Shown: positions 46,474-49,545 of the stretch, in pieces
How positions within the stretch are numbered: position 1 is the stretch's first letter
How the letters are laid out: each line of letters starts with the position of its first letter
DNA from: an uncultured archaeon
GTDB taxonomy: Archaea > Altiarchaeota > Altiarchaeia > JAFGQM01
Direction: 5' to 3'
Assembly (NCBI GenBank): GCA_964619365.1
Contig: CAZUDQ010000010.1
Coordinates: 1-49,545 of the forward strand
Length of the DNA stretch: 49,545 nucleotides
The notes under the pieces: generated by a model
The model's database searches: none
What the model saw: only the letters and a program-made list of their open reading frames with translations
What the model was told of the DNA's origin: nothing
Position numbers and translations under genes: made by a program

Positions 46474-48393
46474 CTATTTTAAAATCCCGTTTCTTTCAAG
46501 CATCCAGGCAAAAAAGCCTGCAAGTTCCCTAGTGATTATTATAAATATCTTTAGTATCACAAGTAGCAAGAGGGCAATTGCCCCTGCAAAGACCAGCCTT
46601 CCGGGAACGCCTCCGGTATTTCCTTCAAAGAAAGGCTCGACAACATCCTTTAGGATGTCTTCTTCGGATTTTGCAGAACTGTAAGTTCCTGCCATCATCT
46701 CTTTTGTTGCGTCATTATCCCAGATAGCCTTTGCAAACTGCTCCGGGATATAACTGTTTGTGTAAACGGAAACAAAGACTATTATGCAGGCAAATATAGC
46801 TCCTATTGTTAGCATTTTATCTGTGAATTCAGCGCCCGTTTTCCATGCGCTTTTTGTTTCAATCTCTTCTTCACTCTTAACACTGTTTACTGCCCAGTAG
46901 CAGCCAAGCATGAGACCAAAGAAAACAAATAAGTACTCTATGTTAAGGAAGATGAATATTCCCGGAATAAGTCCGATTAGCGCAAGAATCATTGTCACCT
47001 GCACGGCCTGTTTTTTTGCCATGTAATATGTTGCGCGTGCATAGCTCCCAAGTCCTGCCGCAAGGAATATGACAATAAGTGAAATCAAAATCGCATTTTG
47101 CGCCATAAAACCAAAGAGGTCAAAGATTGCCAGATTCCTTTCATAACTAAGTCCAATTACAGCAAGAAGTGCAGTTGCAATAATAAGGCATGCGATAAAG
47201 GCTATGATATACACAGTTACTGTGTCAAGTTCTATTTCTTTTAGCTTTGTTCCAAGGGCAACACCGGCTTTAGGTTCACGGGCTACCTTGTGCTTTATAG
47301 GGTTTCTCGTGTGGTTTATGAATTCAAATACTATGACAATTATTGCAAGTACAATAGGTATTAAGAAAAAGCCCATTAAACCAGATTCCCCACTGCTAGG
47401 ACAATCCTGTGGGCAGTTGCCTGTATTTTCACCTGAACTACAAATCCCATCCCCGCAAACGGTGCAATCCTCTGGACAAGATTCCTTTGTTTCTTCTCCA
47501 GAGCAGTTTCCATCCCCGCAGACCGTAACAGTTCCAGAGCTAAGGAGTCCTGAGCCATTATCTGTTTCATTTGTTGTATTCTCAAGCAGGAAACAATCCT
47601 CAGGGCAGTTTGAAGAGTTTTCATTTCCTTTGCATACCCCGTCCCCACACACCGAGCAATCAAGAGCGCAAATTTCTTCCTCGCCCCCATCACAATACCC
47701 GTCCCCACACACCGAGCAATCAAGAGCGCAGCTTGTTTGATGGAGACCAAGCATCTCTATTGGGTCGCATACCCCGTCTCCACAGATTTGACAGTCAACA
47801 GGGCATGAATTCTTATCCTCATTAGTATCACAGACCCCATCCCCGCATTCTGCGCAGTCGGCAGGACACGTAGTTCTTGATTCACCCACGTCACAGACCC
47901 CGTCCCCACAGATTATACAATCGTCCGGACACGAAACTTTATCCTCATTAGTATCACAGATTTTATCTCCACAATCAGCGCAGTCCTTAGCGCAGTTTGT
48001 CCTGTCTTCATCAATGCTGCAGACCCCGTCCCCACAGTGGGAGACAACGGTTAGCATTACATTTGCGTCTGAGGTTGGAATCATATACTTCCCACTGTTT
48101 CCCGGTGTGAATTCTGTAACCCCTTGGTAATTTGTAGTCTTGAAATATTCTTTTAAGAGCTCATTGCCATACCCATAATAAAGTATCCTGAATTCAAGGC
48201 CTGAAACAGGGACTTTTGTTAAATCTTTGACGATTTTGATACTTAATTCATCCCCAACGTTTATTGTCCCCCCTGGTGAGATTGATACATCAGTACCCGG
48301 CATTATGTGTACAGGACAGCTGGTGCTTCCAAGCGCCGGGACGCTTAAGAGTAAAAACGAAAGAACAAAGAGTGCGGCTATAGATGTTTTCAT
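46474..48393 (-). CDS. Surface protein with nine CGDGxC..E..CPxDC repeats and a multi-TM C-terminus
   Basis: Signal peptide, Ig-like segment, 9 Cys repeats counted, then multiple TMs. Confidence 0.88.
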   Translation of the reverse strand: MKTSIAALFVLSFLLLSVPALGSTSCPVHIMPGTDVSISPGGTINVGDELSIKIVKDLTKVPVSGLEFRILYYGYGNELLKEYFKTTNYQGVTEFTPGNSGKYMIPTSDANVMLTVVSHCGDGVCSIDEDRTNCAKDCADCGDKICDTNEDKVSCPDDCIICGDGVCDVGESRTTCPADCAECGDGVCDTNEDKNSCPVDCQICGDGVCDPIEMLGLHQTSCALDCSVCGDGYCDGGEEEICALDCSVCGDGVCKGNENSSNCPEDCFLLENTTNETDNGSGLLSSGTVTVCGDGNCSGEETKESCPEDCTVCGDGICSSGENTGNCPQDCPSSGESGLMGFFLIPIVLAIIVIVFEFINHTRNPIKHKVAREPKAGVALGTKLKEIELDTVTVYIIAFIACLIIATALLAVIGLSYERNLAIFDLFGFMAQNAILISLIVIFLAAGLGSYARATYYMAKKQAVQVTMILALIGLIPGIFIFLNIEYLFVFFGLMLGCYWAVNSVKSEEEIETKSAWKTGAEFTDKMLTIGAIFACIIVFVSVYTNSYIPEQFAKAIWDNDATKEMMAGTYSSAKSEEDILKDVVEPFFEGNTGGVPGRLVFAGAIALLLLVILKIFIIITRELAGFFAWMLERNGILK

Positions 48394-49364
48394 TTTTTGG
48401 ATTTTCTTATTATCTTTTGGGCATCAAGCTCATCAATTCCATATTCACCGAGCTTTGAGCGAATCCTGCTTTCCGAAACGCCGTTGTCAAGAAGGTCGCC
48501 CACAATCTCTTCGACTTCATCGGGTTCTTCCTTTTCTTGTGACTTCTTCTTTTTTGGCGAACTGCCCGCACCCTTTTTCTTATAGATTATTATTGCCACA
48601 ACGGCTAGTGCAACGGCGGCGACAATCACCCACCAGTAATCTCCAATCATTTGACTCAGGTCAGTCTCTTCAACAGTTACTGGCGCAGTTCCACAGTCGG
48701 CAGGACATGTCGAACTGGTTTCCCCGTATTTGTTGTCACATATCTCGTCCCCACATATAACACAATCCTCGACGCAAAATATCTCAGTCCTTGTGTATTC
48801 GTCTGGCTGGCAGATGCCGTCCCCGCAAACTACACAATCTTCAGGACAGTTTGTCCAGTTTTCAAATCCCCAGCAAAGCCCGTCCCCGCATATCGGGCAG
48901 TCAACAGGGCAATTCTCGTTAGTTTCAAGCTTATTTTCCTCGCATATATCGTTTCCACATACTGCGCCAAGCACATCGGGAGTGTATATCATAAGTACGT
49001 TAAAGCGCGCGCTTCTTCCTGCCGCCTCAATAAAATACATGCCCGCTTTGCTAACGACAAACGTAAAAAGTCCTTGGTTGTTTGTACTCCCACTGGCAGA
49101 TGTTGTCCTGTCAGTCTTTGTCGCGGGATTCCCGTCAGCATCAAAATAGATAAATACACTTTTTCCAGTCATAGGTTCGTCTTCTCTGACATCACTTATC
49201 TCTACAGTTATTATTTCTCCAATAAGTTTTTGGGCAGGAAGCACTTCGACTTTTGAGTAAAGTCCCTGGTCACGACCGGTCACACAGTCTGAACTTGCAA
49301 GGGCCAAAGCACTAAATATAACTGCGCAGACAAGCGCACAAATAACTATGATTTTTTCATCCAT
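48390..49364 (-). CDS. Surface protein with four CGDGxC..CPxDC repeats, single TM and helical cytoplasmic tail
   Basis: Signal peptide; 4 repeats; WWVIVAAVALAVVAIII TM; ATGA overlap with the next gene. Confidence 0.88.
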   Translation of the reverse strand: MDEKIIVICALVCAVIFSALALASSDCVTGRDQGLYSKVEVLPAQKLIGEIITVEISDVREDEPMTGKSVFIYFDADGNPATKTDRTTSASGSTNNQGLFTFVVSKAGMYFIEAAGRSARFNVLMIYTPDVLGAVCGNDICEENKLETNENCPVDCPICGDGLCWGFENWTNCPEDCVVCGDGICQPDEYTRTEIFCVEDCVICGDEICDNKYGETSSTCPADCGTAPVTVEETDLSQMIGDYWWVIVAAVALAVVAIIIYKKKGAGSSPKKKKSQEKEEPDEVEEIVGDLLDNGVSESRIRSKLGEYGIDELDAQKIIRKSKK

Positions 49365-49545
49365 CGGGCAGTATAATTATCAGGTAGAGTAAATATAAAC
49401 TGGAGAGATTATCCCCTTGGCATACGCATAATACAAAAAGCTAAATAAATATTGCAGCAGATATCTATAAACTAATCTTTTTAAGTCTTTCCCAGTAGAA
49501 ATAACCTAGATATACTAAGTATAACTAATACCATAACTAAATAGG

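Noticed and set aside
47638-47730. 33-bp direct repeat at a 60-bp period
   Set aside because: In-frame coding repeat (CALDCSVCGDG) within a Cys-repeat protein; not CRISPR, and no adenine-specific mismatches or reverse transcriptase to suggest a DGR
49488-49505. TTCCCAGTAGAAAT resembling an origin recognition box in AT-rich DNA
   Set aside because: Single imperfect copy at the window edge; no G-string and no cdc6/orc1 visible

Overview
A gene-dense archaeal chromosome segment with standard genetic code. Archaeal markers are TBP, MCM, a tRNA-Trp with a bulge-helix-bulge intron carrying a box C/D guide, class III signal-peptide pilins, a presenilin-type protease and DUF371. The many Cys-rich surface proteins and basic orphans suggest a DPANN-like lineage (inference). 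Housekeeping genes: metG, truD, hisA, thiL, ribL, acyP, msrA, class I FBP aldolase and class I FBPase, MscS, a glycosyltransferase cluster, tRNA-Trp and tRNA-Thr. Most notable observations: (1) An 11-gene class III signal-peptide pilin locus (34.4-39.7 kb); its first three pilins share an identical N-terminal motif and end in variable six-Cys mini-domains. (2) A leader-KamA-GNAT operon in which both enzyme frames extend upstream without a canonical start codon and overlap the preceding stop in the +1 frame at the same AC-UGA-A context, suggesting recoding or non-AUG initiation. (3) A tandem 81-83 nt multi-hairpin repeat, each unit holding a sequestered SD and a 9-codon mini-ORF. (4) A frameshifted RelE-like toxin/antitoxin pair with a tandem palindromic operator next to a possible structured RNA. 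No CRISPR array, rRNA, transposase or integrase was seen. All family assignments come from motif recognition by eye, not from database searches.
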